The position numbers were made by a program, and so were the translations under genes. The notes beneath the pieces were generated by a model. It did not search any database, was not told the origin of the DNA, and saw only the letters and a program-made list of their open reading frames with translations. From a virus, in the IMG/VR virus record IMGVR_UViG_3300048583_000222, positions 11,766 to 75,765 of that record: a stretch of 64,000 nt of DNA; one strand, 5' to 3'. This document shows, in pieces, positions 33,450-42,599 of this stretch. Position 1 is the first letter of the stretch, and the number at the start of each line of letters is the position of its first letter.

Positions 33450-35867
33450 TTACTTTACTGCTTTCTTTTTGGCGGCAGCCTTCGCCTTGAGTTTATCGGA
33501 ACGCTCTTTTGCGGCTATACCTTCAAGTTGTACACCTGCTTTGAGCTTCTCCACGCCCATCTTCTCACTGTGCATCGCACGTTTGTTCTCCTCGGCAGCC
33601 ATCTTTGTACGCTCATCACTCATGATCTTGAAGCGCTTCAGTACGCGATCAGCGATTTCGGTGGCGTCAGGTACGCCGTCTCCGTCATTGTCCTCACTCT
33701 TGGTGAAGGATACAATGTCGTACTCACCTTTGATCATGGTGTTCTGATCCTTGCGATCCCACTCCTTGTCAATGAGCTGCTCTTTCAGCGTGTTCTCGAA
33801 GATGGCAAACTGCTGCTCGAGTTCAATCATTTCCTTCTTGGCTTCCTGCTCACTGGCGGCTCCATCCTGCGCGGCCTTGGCAGCAGTCTGCTCAATGAAC
33901 TTGAGTTTCGTACGAAGCTCGGCGACGTTCTCGGTCAGGATGATCTCCAGTATGGTCGACGGAGAAGCCCCGTTCTGCAGCATCTCCTGCGTGTACATCT
34001 TCAGCTCATCGAGCCTGCGCTGCTCTTTGGCGGAGGTCTTCACCATTACGTTCAGGCAAGCGTTGCAGTACTCCACCGGATCCAGGTCCAGCAGCATGGT
34101 GTCCATGAGGTCTGAGGTGTACAGATCTTTGGTGCCTTCTGAGACCAGTACTCGGGAGAATTCCAGCATCTGGTTGAGGTCCTCATTGACGAACTCTTCA
34201 AAAGAAGTGAAGATGTTGTCGGTGATAATATTGCTCTGGAACAGGGAACGTTCGTTGTTGGTGGGCGAAGACGAGGCGAAGGTCTGACCCTTGCGTGGCA
34301 TGGTGATGCCCAGTACGTCGTCCCACATCTGGCGGTAGTGGTTCTGCAGGTCAATGAGCTGCTTGATGTTCTCGTACATGCTCATGTCCAGGACAGTGTA
34401 CTGGTTCCAGCTCTTGTCCACCTTGCGGTTGTCCCGGTCCATCAGGAAGTACCCCATGGCCTCTCCATAGTAGAAGAACTTCTCTTCATCCCAGTCTCCA
34501 TGGGTAGGTACGGCGTTGACGTCGATCAGCAGGATCTTACCCTTGCTTTTGGCAATCATCCGCTCAATGGTCCAGTTCAGGATCATGACCATGATCTGGA
34601 AAGGCAGCCCGATCTGCATCACGGAGATGTTCTGGGCGTGGGTATCGGAAAAGGCACGGCCGTTGTACGGTAGTGCACCATTCTGTATGGGTAGCGGTCC
34701 TTCTTCACAGTAGATGTCTTCCATCAACCGGTAGCACTGGTAGATCTCATCGCGGTACTCTATGCGGGAAGTTTCCCCAGCCTCCTTGTCTACCGGGTAG
34801 TCCTCGTCGACTTCAAGCTCCTGCATCTCGCCGGTCATGGGATCAGGGAACGTAATGATCTTGACTCCCTTCTTACCTCTCCACACCACGTGGTAGACGT
34901 GCACCAAGTCTTTGGTGGTATTGATGCTTTCCTTTAAGTAGTTGTAGAACATCTGCCCATTGAAGGGCAGGTCCTGGTTGGAGGCTGTACGACTGTAGAT
35001 CTGCTCTATGCTTTTCTTACTCAAGGTCTGGTAGAACTGCTCCACTGCATCAGCCGTAGTGAGGTAGTACCGACGTACTGCCCAGGCTGCATCCTTCACG
35101 AAGGTGGCATTGGGGCTCATGGCATACTTGAGTTCCAGTGGGGAGATGCGCTCGTATTCGAACTTCCCATTCACGATATTCTGGAACGAGTAGGCCCATC
35201 CTGCAATCAGATAATCTTTCATCATCTGGGTACGTTTTCGCAGGAAAGACTGCTGGTCCAGGGTCTTGTTCAACCAGCGCTGACCTTTGATGGCCTGATT
35301 GTCAGCATAGGTAGCCAGGAACCTCTCTTGTATAGCAGCTGGTAGTGGAATCTCCTGCTGCTGGGGTTCTTCCATTCCCGGAACACCTTCTTCTGCTGCA
35401 GTAGCCTGCATGGCTTGGGCAAAGTGTTGGGTCAGGTTCTGTACCAGTGCAGCCTGGGAGCGTTCCTGGTACTCGTTGTATGCTTTTTCCCCGGTGTTCA
35501 CCACCTGAACGACGAAGGGACGTTGGGAGAGTTCGTTAATGAGCAGGTCAATAGAGGTACGTAGTATATTGATGGGACGAATCTTAGCAGGGAAACGCTT
35601 GTGCTGTGCCTTCTTAGCGTTGAGTGGGTCGGTCAGGTGGGTAAACCACGACAGGGGAAACTGGTTATTGTACACTTCATAGAGCTGAGAGATCGACATA
35701 TCACTGGTCGTGCCTCCAGTAGACATGGTCCAACTGTTGCGGATGTAGTACTCAGCGTTCTCATGGAACCACTGAGGTGTCTTCATACTGTACGGAATGA
35801 TCTGATTGGGCTTGCCCATGAAGTTTTCAGGAGCATCATCCAGTACCGAGGGTTGTTTCTTGGCCAT
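33450..35867 (-). CDS. Portal protein (805 aa)
   Basis: FPAKIRPINILR..IDLLINE..RPF, YERISP, WAVRRYY, LPYNGR, KSKGKILLID, WDDVLGITMPRKGQ and NNERS..QS motifs; between TerL and scaffold. Confidence 0.9.
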   Translation of the reverse strand: MAKKQPSVLDDAPENFMGKPNQIIPYSMKTPQWFHENAEYYIRNSWTMSTGGTTSDMSISQLYEVYNNQFPLSWFTHLTDPLNAKKAQHKRFPAKIRPINILRTSIDLLINELSQRPFVVQVVNTGEKAYNEYQERSQAALVQNLTQHFAQAMQATAAEEGVPGMEEPQQQEIPLPAAIQERFLATYADNQAIKGQRWLNKTLDQQSFLRKRTQMMKDYLIAGWAYSFQNIVNGKFEYERISPLELKYAMSPNATFVKDAAWAVRRYYLTTADAVEQFYQTLSKKSIEQIYSRTASNQDLPFNGQMFYNYLKESINTTKDLVHVYHVVWRGKKGVKIITFPDPMTGEMQELEVDEDYPVDKEAGETSRIEYRDEIYQCYRLMEDIYCEEGPLPIQNGALPYNGRAFSDTHAQNISVMQIGLPFQIMVMILNWTIERMIAKSKGKILLIDVNAVPTHGDWDEEKFFYYGEAMGYFLMDRDNRKVDKSWNQYTVLDMSMYENIKQLIDLQNHYRQMWDDVLGITMPRKGQTFASSSPTNNERSLFQSNIITDNIFTSFEEFVNEDLNQMLEFSRVLVSEGTKDLYTSDLMDTMLLDLDPVEYCNACLNVMVKTSAKEQRRLDELKMYTQEMLQNGASPSTILEIILTENVAELRTKLKFIEQTAAKAAQDGAASEQEAKKEMIELEQQFAIFENTLKEQLIDKEWDRKDQNTMIKGEYDIVSFTKSEDNDGDGVPDATEIADRVLKRFKIMSDERTKMAAEENKRAMHSEKMGVEKLKAGVQLEGIAAKERSDKLKAKAAAKKKAVK

Positions 35868-35868
35868 A

Positions 35869-37956
35869 TCAATAGTTTGTAGTCGTTTCTAAAGTCTCTG
35901 CATCTGAGAACAGTTCCCGAGAATAGAAGTTATCTTTACTCTCCGACTCCACCTGCTTTTCCTGCTGGTAGACCTGTTCTCTGAGTTCGTACATAGCCAC
36001 AATCAATGTAGAGATGGTATCTGCGTTTCGCTTGCCATTGAACTTGCGCATTTCCCTAATCCCTACAATATCATAGTAGTTGTGTAAAGTTAATCTCTTA
36101 TTGCCCTTATCGTCTGTGCTACGGTGTTGTTTATGCCAATCTATGACGTAAGTCAACCCCATGCGTTTTCGCTCCGTGGGCATGTTCATCAGGTAGCTGC
36201 GGTTCTTATTCTTGTTGATTTCTTTGGTGTTGATGCTCTCTGGCTCGAAGCAGAGTTTGTGCAGCAGGTGCATGCGCTTGGCATAGTCCAGTACACCTTG
36301 TCCACCTCCTGCAATCTCCCCCTGTACATCTGCATCGTACCACTCAGACAGATCGAAGAGCATTCCGTAGGCACGGTCCAGGTCCTGAGGCCTACCGCGG
36401 TACCAGGCTACAGGCATACCCTCGTTGATCGGATCAATGTTGTTGTACATCTTCATGACGTACACCGTGAATAAGGAGGAGATGTCCTCAGCCTCTTCTT
36501 TGTAGTACGGATCGAAGATGATTTTGTACAGTCCTTTGGGTACCTTACCATGCATGTCCCGGTAGGGTTGCTCCACTACAGTGGCACAGCCTTCCAGGTT
36601 ATCGTCTTTGGTGTGGGGGTAGTTCTCGATCGGTCGGGCCTCGTTCTTGAGCATGTTCATGAACTCGATCTCCCCGTTGTCTTTGCGGTAGAACTCTCCA
36701 TGGCGGAGCAGGGACTGGATCACAGAAGAACGCATGACGCGTTGTTCCTGGGCTTTGAGTTCCTTCTGGCGGAATGGATTGATCGTAATCCGCTGGAACA
36801 CTTCGCTGGGGAAGATGGGGTACTCTGCACAGTACCCGTCGAACTCTCGAGGATCCGGCTTGCGCTTCTCCTGGGCCCGCCTGTCTTCTTCGTACTCCAG
36901 GGCCCCGCGGAAGTCGACGTTCCCGTCATCGTCCATGAACATGGGGTTAGTACGATAGGCAGGTACGAAGTATCCGATCTCGGTAGCTTCCATGCCTTCC
37001 TCCCAGATGTTGGGAAAGGCCAGCATGTTGTACTCCCGGGGGTTATTGAACACGTCCTCCAGTGCTTCGATGGAAGGTCCTTCCTCACCACCGGTACCGA
37101 ACGCGGAGATCTGTCCAGTGGTTACACCACCATCCTGTATGGAACCAATGCACACCTTCAGTGCTTTCTTACCATTCTTGAACGAACCGAACTCCTCGAA
37201 TACAATCTTACGTCCCCGCTTACCCCTGGTCTTGTTGGGATTGTCGATAACCACACCAATGATCTCTGCGAAGTTACCACGCTCCACCCCGAAGCCGTCT
37301 ATGTATGAGGCCTTCATCTTCATTACCTGATCGCTCTTCATCCTGTTCTGGGCCCACTCCGGACAGTTGTCATTGACAAAGTCCAGCATGTCCTTGGCTT
37401 TATTGAGGATACCATCTGTGGACAGATACTGTTCGATGCCGGCAAAGTAGTAGCTCTTCGAACGTGGGATGAAAGTGTAGTTGTAACATCCATCAGAGGC
37501 TTCCTTGAAGGAGAAGCCGGCACCCCGTGCTTTGGCACAAGCAATGTGCTGACCACCATCTGAGTGTACCCCCATGAAGTCCCCGCCATTCCAGGCAATG
37601 TCCTTGAAGTTGTACCACTCGTAGTCGATCTCATAGAAACGTGGGAAGGAGAATATCTTCTCCATGGTCATCTTACCGATCTTACCTCCCTTGCCACGTG
37701 CTTCCGCCACTGCCTTGGCCAGCTGATCATCTGGAAGCTTGGTGATGGGTGTGAAGTTCAAATACCAGACATAGCGCCCGGGTATCCAGAGATCCCCTAC
37801 ACTCATTCCGTTGGCACAGCGCCTCTCCCACATGTCCCAGTACTCCCTGTACTCCCGACTGCCTGCGGGGGCGCGCGTATAGAAGCCACCGTTCTTGATG
37901 AAGTCGGTAGCAGCTTCCTTAAAGTATTGTACGTTAGTGAGTTTGTGGAATCCCAT
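35869..37956 (-). CDS. terL: Terminase large subunit (695 aa)
   Basis: AKARGAGFSF (Walker A-like), RGKRGRKIVFEEFG (Walker B), AFGTGG coupling motif, IFDPY and NADTIST nuclease motifs; uninterrupted. Confidence 0.92.
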   Translation of the reverse strand: MGFHKLTNVQYFKEAATDFIKNGGFYTRAPAGSREYREYWDMWERRCANGMSVGDLWIPGRYVWYLNFTPITKLPDDQLAKAVAEARGKGGKIGKMTMEKIFSFPRFYEIDYEWYNFKDIAWNGGDFMGVHSDGGQHIACAKARGAGFSFKEASDGCYNYTFIPRSKSYYFAGIEQYLSTDGILNKAKDMLDFVNDNCPEWAQNRMKSDQVMKMKASYIDGFGVERGNFAEIIGVVIDNPNKTRGKRGRKIVFEEFGSFKNGKKALKVCIGSIQDGGVTTGQISAFGTGGEEGPSIEALEDVFNNPREYNMLAFPNIWEEGMEATEIGYFVPAYRTNPMFMDDDGNVDFRGALEYEEDRRAQEKRKPDPREFDGYCAEYPIFPSEVFQRITINPFRQKELKAQEQRVMRSSVIQSLLRHGEFYRKDNGEIEFMNMLKNEARPIENYPHTKDDNLEGCATVVEQPYRDMHGKVPKGLYKIIFDPYYKEEAEDISSLFTVYVMKMYNNIDPINEGMPVAWYRGRPQDLDRAYGMLFDLSEWYDADVQGEIAGGGQGVLDYAKRMHLLHKLCFEPESINTKEINKNKNRSYLMNMPTERKRMGLTYVIDWHKQHRSTDDKGNKRLTLHNYYDIVGIREMRKFNGKRNADTISTLIVAMYELREQVYQQEKQVESESKDNFYSRELFSDAETLETTTNY

Positions 37957-37958
37957 AT

Positions 37959-38723
37959 TTAGTCTTCTGCGTCAGGGTCAAATTCAGGTACATCATTGTA
38001 CTCCAGTGCCTCGTCGATATCATCCTCCATCTCATCAGGATCATCTCCCTCCCCTTCCGTGGTGACGCTGCCGAATATACTACCGATAAACTCCTTGAAT
38101 TCTGTACTACCTGTGTCCGGACGTTTACCTTCCTGCCAACCGGTACGCTTACCTTCTTTACCACCCAGCTTACGATCGCCACGTACCGTCTCCTCAGCGA
38201 GCAGTTCTTTGAACACACTGTCTTCGAAGTCTTTGTACGATTCGTATACTCCCTTCATGCTCTTCATGTTGGCAATCAGATCCTTGGCGTTGTGCACCAT
38301 CTCTCCTTTCTTATCCCGCTCTTTGAAGTTCACCGTCTGGAAGTACTTGTCCATCTCATCGAGTCCCTTACGCATGGCTTTCACTGTACGCAGAGACCTG
38401 GCTGCATTCTCCTGGTACCACTCATATATACCCGTAGCCACCTTGACGGTTTCGGTGATATCAGTTTCCTCCAGTTCCGCGCAGCGCAAGGCTTCTTTAC
38501 GCTTCTCGTCCTCATCCATATCCCTGAGCGGACTCTTGAAGTCCACCATCATGTAGATAAAGGTGAAGATGCGCTGAGCGTACAGTTTCTTTCTGCCGTC
38601 ATAGTCCCCGTTACAGGGTTTACTTTTGATCAGGATGGTCTTGAACTCCGGTACCATGCTGATCCAAACACGGTTCATCTGGATGAGTCCCGTGTGCTGG
38701 TTGAATTCGAACAGGTTCTGCAT
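37959..38723 (-). CDS. Conserved protein upstream of TerL (candidate terminase small subunit)
   Basis: FIYMMVDFKSP and helical body with acidic tail; position immediately upstream of TerL; function inferred. Confidence 0.45.
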   Translation of the reverse strand: MQNLFEFNQHTGLIQMNRVWISMVPEFKTILIKSKPCNGDYDGRKKLYAQRIFTFIYMMVDFKSPLRDMDEDEKRKEALRCAELEETDITETVKVATGIYEWYQENAARSLRTVKAMRKGLDEMDKYFQTVNFKERDKKGEMVHNAKDLIANMKSMKGVYESYKDFEDSVFKELLAEETVRGDRKLGGKEGKRTGWQEGKRPDTGSTEFKEFIGSIFGSVTTEGEGDDPDEMEDDIDEALEYNDVPEFDPDAED

Positions 38724-38940
38724 GCTTTCTGATTTTTCGGTTCATGTACTTCAACTTGAACTTCCCAAAGTACGGGATCTGGATAGAGTCTGCAGTCTGT
38801 TTGCGCATGTGGGAATCCGTAAAATGAAAAAGATGGACTACAGCTTCCTGTACCATCTTCTTTGATTCCTTACAGACCGTCGCTGACGTCTGTATACATG
38901 CGTTGTTACATATCTGCAGGTCCCTGAACGATTTGCCCAT
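38620..38940 (-). CDS. HU/IHF-like DNA-binding protein
   Basis: ESKKMVQEAV..LF...SIQIPYFGKFKLK resembles the HU/IHF fold; overlaps both neighbours, so boundaries are uncertain. Confidence 0.5.
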   Translation of the reverse strand: MGKSFRDLQICNNACIQTSATVCKESKKMVQEAVVHLFHFTDSHMRKQTADSIQIPYFGKFKLKYMNRKIRKHAEPVRIQPAHGTHPDEPCLDQHGTGVQDHPDQK

Positions 38941-39706
38941 TGGTAACGTGGTTGAGTAGATGAATTACATCATCACGAAGATAGTCCAATTTATATATTG
39001 TTGGCTTCTTGCTTAACTCACCAGGTTCTCCCATGTCTGCGGGCAATGGTTCGAAGTGATAGAGGGAGCGTGTGTAGGGTCTGAATCCCATGCACTCTAA
39101 CATGTACTGATACATGCTCATCTGCAAGGTGTACTTCCAGTAGCTGCAGTCCATGATGTGGGACAGTGGTGGCTTGAGCATGCGGTACCCAGTCTTCTGA
39201 TCCCACCAGGATCTCCTTGCTATTTTCTCGTTGGTCTTGTAATCTCCCACCGAAGCGTAACGGTGTCCGTGCCTAGTGAACAGTCGTATTTTATCCGCCC
39301 TGCCGGCGAGTTTGTACCCATGGTGCCAAAGCTTAAGCTCAGGATAGACGCCATCAGGCCAAAGCGAGTAATCGAATCCCGCAATATCGGCCATACGGTC
39401 CGCGTTCTGCACTCGGTGAACACCATCTTCATCTTTGTACAGTCCTGATGCATAGGCCAGTTCTTCTTTGAGGTTATGTAGATTGGTTCCCCTGTCCAGT
39501 GAGTAGTCGGTTTTGTTCTTCCACTTGGTAGCCCAGTAGTCAGGAGAATGGCCATGTCGCTCAGCCATTCCCACTGACTCGGACTTTGTGTTGAACTTGT
39601 TGGATACCAGATCCAGTACTTGCGTGACAGACCAGTACCGCTCCTGCGACAGGTTGTAGTACGCATGCAGTTCAGGATCGAATGATATGGGATCTACGTG
39701 CTTCAC
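38906..39706 (-). CDS. PD-(D/E)xK exonuclease (Cas4/RecB-like)
   Basis: SVTQVL, RGTNLH, ELKLW, LAGRADKI, VGDYKT and YTLQMSMYQYMLE motifs. Confidence 0.8.
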   Translation of the reverse strand: MKHVDPISFDPELHAYYNLSQERYWSVTQVLDLVSNKFNTKSESVGMAERHGHSPDYWATKWKNKTDYSLDRGTNLHNLKEELAYASGLYKDEDGVHRVQNADRMADIAGFDYSLWPDGVYPELKLWHHGYKLAGRADKIRLFTRHGHRYASVGDYKTNEKIARRSWWDQKTGYRMLKPPLSHIMDCSYWKYTLQMSMYQYMLECMGFRPYTRSLYHFEPLPADMGEPGELSKKPTIYKLDYLRDDVIHLLNHVTNGQIVQGPADM

Positions 39707-40005
39707 CCCATTAGTGCTTGTTGCAGGGTTCTGGTTAGTATCTGCAGCTTGTGGGACTGTTCTGCGTGTTTGGTCATTAGCCTTTCCAACATAGAGATCA
39801 GGTCATTTCCCCCACTTTCCTTTGTTGAACGTCCTGACTCCCTTACAGGAACTATAGTGCCGCAGATGATCTGGACTTGTGCATCCAAGGTCTCCAGCGA
39901 CATTTCCTTATCTTCGGAGATCTTGTGTAGAGTCTCTACCAGCAGCTTTATATTGCGTGGAGTTACCGTAGCCTGTGGTTCCAAGCATATGTCAGTTTGA
40001 TACAT
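39703..40005 (-). CDS. Hypothetical protein
   Basis: 100-aa ORF coupled to its neighbours by overlap or short spacing. Confidence 0.5.
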   Translation of the reverse strand: MYQTDICLEPQATVTPRNIKLLVETLHKISEDKEMSLETLDAQVQIICGTIVPVRESGRSTKESGGNDLISMLERLMTKHAEQSHKLQILTRTLQQALMG

Positions 40006-40009
40006 AGCG

Positions 40010-40399
40010 TTATTTTAATGCGTTAACAATGCTGCGGAATAGCCTGTCCTTTTTCTGCTGGTGCTGTGGCAGTTGGTAGAATGGTACCAGACAGGGGTGT
40101 GTCTTAAGGTCTACATTCTTCTCCGCTCCGTACACCCATCCTTCAGCTACTTTCTGGTCAGCCCAGCTGTCGTGCATGGCACTATCTCCTGCGTCAGGAT
40201 TGCACAGTGCAAAGGCCACTCCATAGATAGCACTGCTTCGTTGCCACTCTGGAGCATTGTCCCAGTCCAGTTGGGAGTCGTCTCCTTGTGCTTCACACCA
40301 GGCCTTGTTGGCTTGGTGACATACCTTGGCAATCGCCTGCAGGGTAAGCTGCTGGGTGATATCATTGATCATGCTTACGGGATCTATTTGTCCAGTCAT
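40010..40399 (-). CDS. RyR (ryanodine receptor repeat) domain protein
   Basis: MHDSWADQKVAEGWVYG..KN...KTHPCLVPFYQLP..QQKKD matches the RyR domain consensus H..W......GW.YG.......HP.LVP...L.....D. Confidence 0.85.
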   Translation of the reverse strand: MTGQIDPVSMINDITQQLTLQAIAKVCHQANKAWCEAQGDDSQLDWDNAPEWQRSSAIYGVAFALCNPDAGDSAMHDSWADQKVAEGWVYGAEKNVDLKTHPCLVPFYQLPQHQQKKDRLFRSIVNALK

Positions 40400-40749
40400 T
40401 TTGGTAGTTTGTGAAAGTTAAGGTTTACAATAACATTGCGGTGGCGCTCGGTTATCCAGTAGGGGACCTTCTCATTGATCTTGAACACTCCCCGGGAACC
40501 TTCGATGAGTCCCAGGTTCTTGAGTACCTTGATGTTGTTGTGGAAGTTCTGCTGACTGAATCCCAGCGCTTCACTGTACTCACTGAACACCACTACTACG
40601 TGCCCCTCGGCATCGGCCTTTGTACACATCCAAAGCAGTACCTGTAGTGCGGGCTCTGAGGTCAGGCCCAGTACAGACTTCATGGAATGCAACACTGCCA
40701 GCAGCAGGTCATCCGGAGTAGTGACGGTCAGTGAGTGCGTTGTTTTCAA
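40396..40749 (-). CDS. RepL-like winged-helix protein
   Basis: LQVLLWM...SEALGFSQQNFHNNIKVLKNLGLIE..RGVFKIN wHTH pattern; RepL-like genes are known near the terminase in crAss-like phages. Confidence 0.6.
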   Translation of the reverse strand: MKTTHSLTVTTPDDLLLAVLHSMKSVLGLTSEPALQVLLWMCTKADAEGHVVVVFSEYSEALGFSQQNFHNNIKVLKNLGLIEGSRGVFKINEKVPYWITERHRNVIVNLNFHKLPK

Positions 40750-40934
40750 AACTTAGGATTTGGTCGTTCTTTACGTTTACGCTTGAACAAGATTTTATTG
40801 GTTGTGTAGCCTACATTGAACATGTCTTCTGTAGGGTCACGGAGGTTACGCACAGGCCCTCGCTTGTACTTGTAGATCAACTTACGGATAAGGTCTCTGA
40901 TCAGTTTCATAGCGTGGCTGCTTTCACGGCCCAC
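40746..40934 (-). CDS. Small basic hypothetical protein
   Basis: 62-aa K/R-rich ORF overlapping its neighbours. Confidence 0.4.
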   Translation of the reverse strand: MGRESSHAMKLIRDLIRKLIYKYKRGPVRNLRDPTEDMFNVGYTTNKILFKRKRKERPNPKF

Positions 40935-41155
40935 ATGGCTGCTTCTTCTGCTGCGGTCTGGGCCAAGGCCTGTAGACGGAAGAATTCACTGCGCTTTTCT
41001 ATCTCCCCATCTTGTGCAACAGGTGCACTGATAGCTGGTACAGCAAGCTCTTCTACCAGATCAATGAACTTGGCAGCACTCTCCTTGATTTCGTATACGT
41101 GGCCGCTACCACTGGGGTTAAACTCTACGCGTACTCTTGATTCTCCTTTTGACAT
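40907..41155 (-). CDS. Acb2/Tad1-like helical-hairpin protein (candidate immune-signal sponge)
   Basis: GESRVRVEFNPS..VYEIKE.AAKFID and RLQALAQTAAEEAAMWAVKAAT; the C-terminal R..A.A.T..EEA.MW pattern resembles the Tad1 hairpin as I recall it. Confidence 0.55.
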   Translation of the reverse strand: MSKGESRVRVEFNPSGSGHVYEIKESAAKFIDLVEELAVPAISAPVAQDGEIEKRSEFFRLQALAQTAAEEAAMWAVKAATL

Positions 41156-41184
41156 TTTGTGTGGTTGTCTGGTGAATAATTCGA

Positions 41185-41412
41185 TTACAACATAGGGTAA
41201 CCGGTCCCTACATTGGTCGTTGGTTTGTCCTGAGCTGTCTCGCTCTGGTCCTCGCTTTGCTCAGGTTCCTGTACAGAGTCTGTCTCGGTTTCTGTCCCTT
41301 GTTCTGCCAGTACTTCCTCAGCCAGGGTAACTGCGGTGGGTGCGGTATCTGGGGTATTGTCTACACCGATCGTACCGTTACTTGGGTCTACTGTTGTTGT
41401 GTTCTCGTCCAT
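41185..41412 (-). CDS. Small highly acidic protein
   Basis: 75 aa with 17 D/E versus 1 K and no R; A-rich leader. Confidence 0.55.
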   Translation of the reverse strand: MDENTTTVDPSNGTIGVDNTPDTAPTAVTLAEEVLAEQGTETETDSVQEPEQSEDQSETAQDKPTTNVGTGYPML

Positions 41413-41432
41413 ATCATTGTTTTAATTGGTGA

Positions 41433-41849
41433 CTAATCGATGTGTGATTCTTCTCCGGTCGGGTGCATGGTGGTCCCATGGGGCGTGTTGAAGATAGCCT
41501 TCCTGTACACCGGAGACTTGAATACAGTCTGTACAATACCGTGGAGCTCAGTGGCCCGCTTCTCGGCTTCCTGTACCTTGACTTTGAGTAAGGTCACCTC
41601 GAGTTCACGCTCCCGCTTTTCCACTTCCACCTCCCGGTAGGTGAGATCGCCATCCCACTTCTCCTTTGCTTTCAGGGCAATCAGCTCAGTGTCCAATTCT
41701 CCAATTCGCTTTATCCCTACTACACGGGCAGCTTCAGCATTGGCTAGTTGCTCCTCCAGTTCCGGGATACGGGCCAGTTCCTTCTGCAGTGTCTCCCCTA
41801 CCTGTGCCGGCAGGTTCTTGGCGATGATGTCTTTGATTTCGTCTAACAT
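41433..41849 (-). CDS. Hypothetical coiled-coil protein
   Basis: 138-aa ORF with heptad-like charged helices. Confidence 0.6.
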   Translation of the reverse strand: MLDEIKDIIAKNLPAQVGETLQKELARIPELEEQLANAEAARVVGIKRIGELDTELIALKAKEKWDGDLTYREVEVEKRERELEVTLLKVKVQEAEKRATELHGIVQTVFKSPVYRKAIFNTPHGTTMHPTGEESHID

Positions 41850-42100
41850 ATTACTGGTTTTAGTTTTCTAAGTCCTCCCCGCTCCAGGAACTTGAGCAGG
41901 TCTTTTCTGGTGTACCCCCATAGATACGGGGCGTCTGGACCACAGGTCACAGTTTCCCATACTGCTATGTGCGGCTCACATACGGTTTCTGTCCCGTTAG
42001 TACTCATCATTACCAATCCACCGGTAGTCATGGTGTGGATCTCATAGGTCTCCCCGATCCTGATCTCCTCTGGCTTCGGTATGTAGTACTCAGCACTCAT
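41843..42100 (-). CDS. Hypothetical protein
   Basis: 85-aa ORF overlapping both neighbours. Confidence 0.55.
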   Translation of the reverse strand: MSAEYYIPKPEEIRIGETYEIHTMTTGGLVMMSTNGTETVCEPHIAVWETVTCGPDAPYLWGYTRKDLLKFLERGGLRKLKPVIC

Positions 42101-42447
42101 CTTCCTTCAGGTATAACGCTGCAGATGACCATGTACTCAGGACCTATCTGCTCATGTGCTATGATGAACGTCTCAGACTGGCAGAAGATGTCACACACCT
42201 GTATCCCACTAGCATCCGTGGCACAGACATAGAATTCTTTACCACTGGTGTGCAGCAAGACGTTACCTCTCACTGGAGTAGGTCTTTTCCCGGATAGTGT
42301 CTCCAGTCCCAAGTTCCTGTACTTGAAAGTGGTACCTCCGATGCCAGGCTGATCCACTTCCTTAACCAGTGCCTGTACGGCCGCTGGAGCAGCAACTGTA
42401 GCTGCAGCGAGTCCTAGTAGTCTTCTGATAAAGCTTTTCCTATTCAT
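42097..42447 (-). CDS. Hypothetical protein with Tat-like signal peptide
   Basis: MNRKSFIRRLLGLAAATVAAPAAVQA: RKxF variant of RRxF, hydrophobic core, AxA site. Confidence 0.55.
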   Translation of the reverse strand: MNRKSFIRRLLGLAAATVAAPAAVQALVKEVDQPGIGGTTFKYRNLGLETLSGKRPTPVRGNVLLHTSGKEFYVCATDASGIQVCDIFCQSETFIIAHEQIGPEYMVICSVIPEGR

Positions 42448-42448
42448 A

Positions 42449-42568
42449 TTACTCGATTGTTATGGTTCCTTTAAATATCCATGTGAATGGGGCACGTATC
42501 AACTGCCAGAGTCTGTGCAGCAGGCCTTTGCCCGAATTGATGTGCAGCAAGACGTATCTTCCTTTCAT
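42449..42568 (-). CDS. Small amphipathic peptide (39 aa; below ORF-track cutoff)
   Basis: MKGRYVLLHINSGKGLLHRLWQLIRAPFTWIFKGTITIE; fills the gap, with its stop 1 nt before the next ATG. Confidence 0.4.
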   Translation of the reverse strand: MKGRYVLLHINSGKGLLHRLWQLIRAPFTWIFKGTITIE

Positions 42569-42599
42569 ATAATACTCATTAACTTATTGCTCATGTTAC

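Noticed and set aside
6-42500. Numerous plus-strand ORFs over the structural region (e.g. 2639..3781, 8447..9319, 12425..13915, 22969..23763)
   Set aside because: They are antisense shadows of long minus-strand genes with recognisable motifs; their translations have no plausible protein signatures.
42249-42555. 15-bp direct repeat TGTGCAGCAAGACGT at 42249 and 42541
   Set aside because: Both copies lie in coding sequence (VLLH); only two copies and no mobile-element hallmarks, so possibly chance or an old local duplication.
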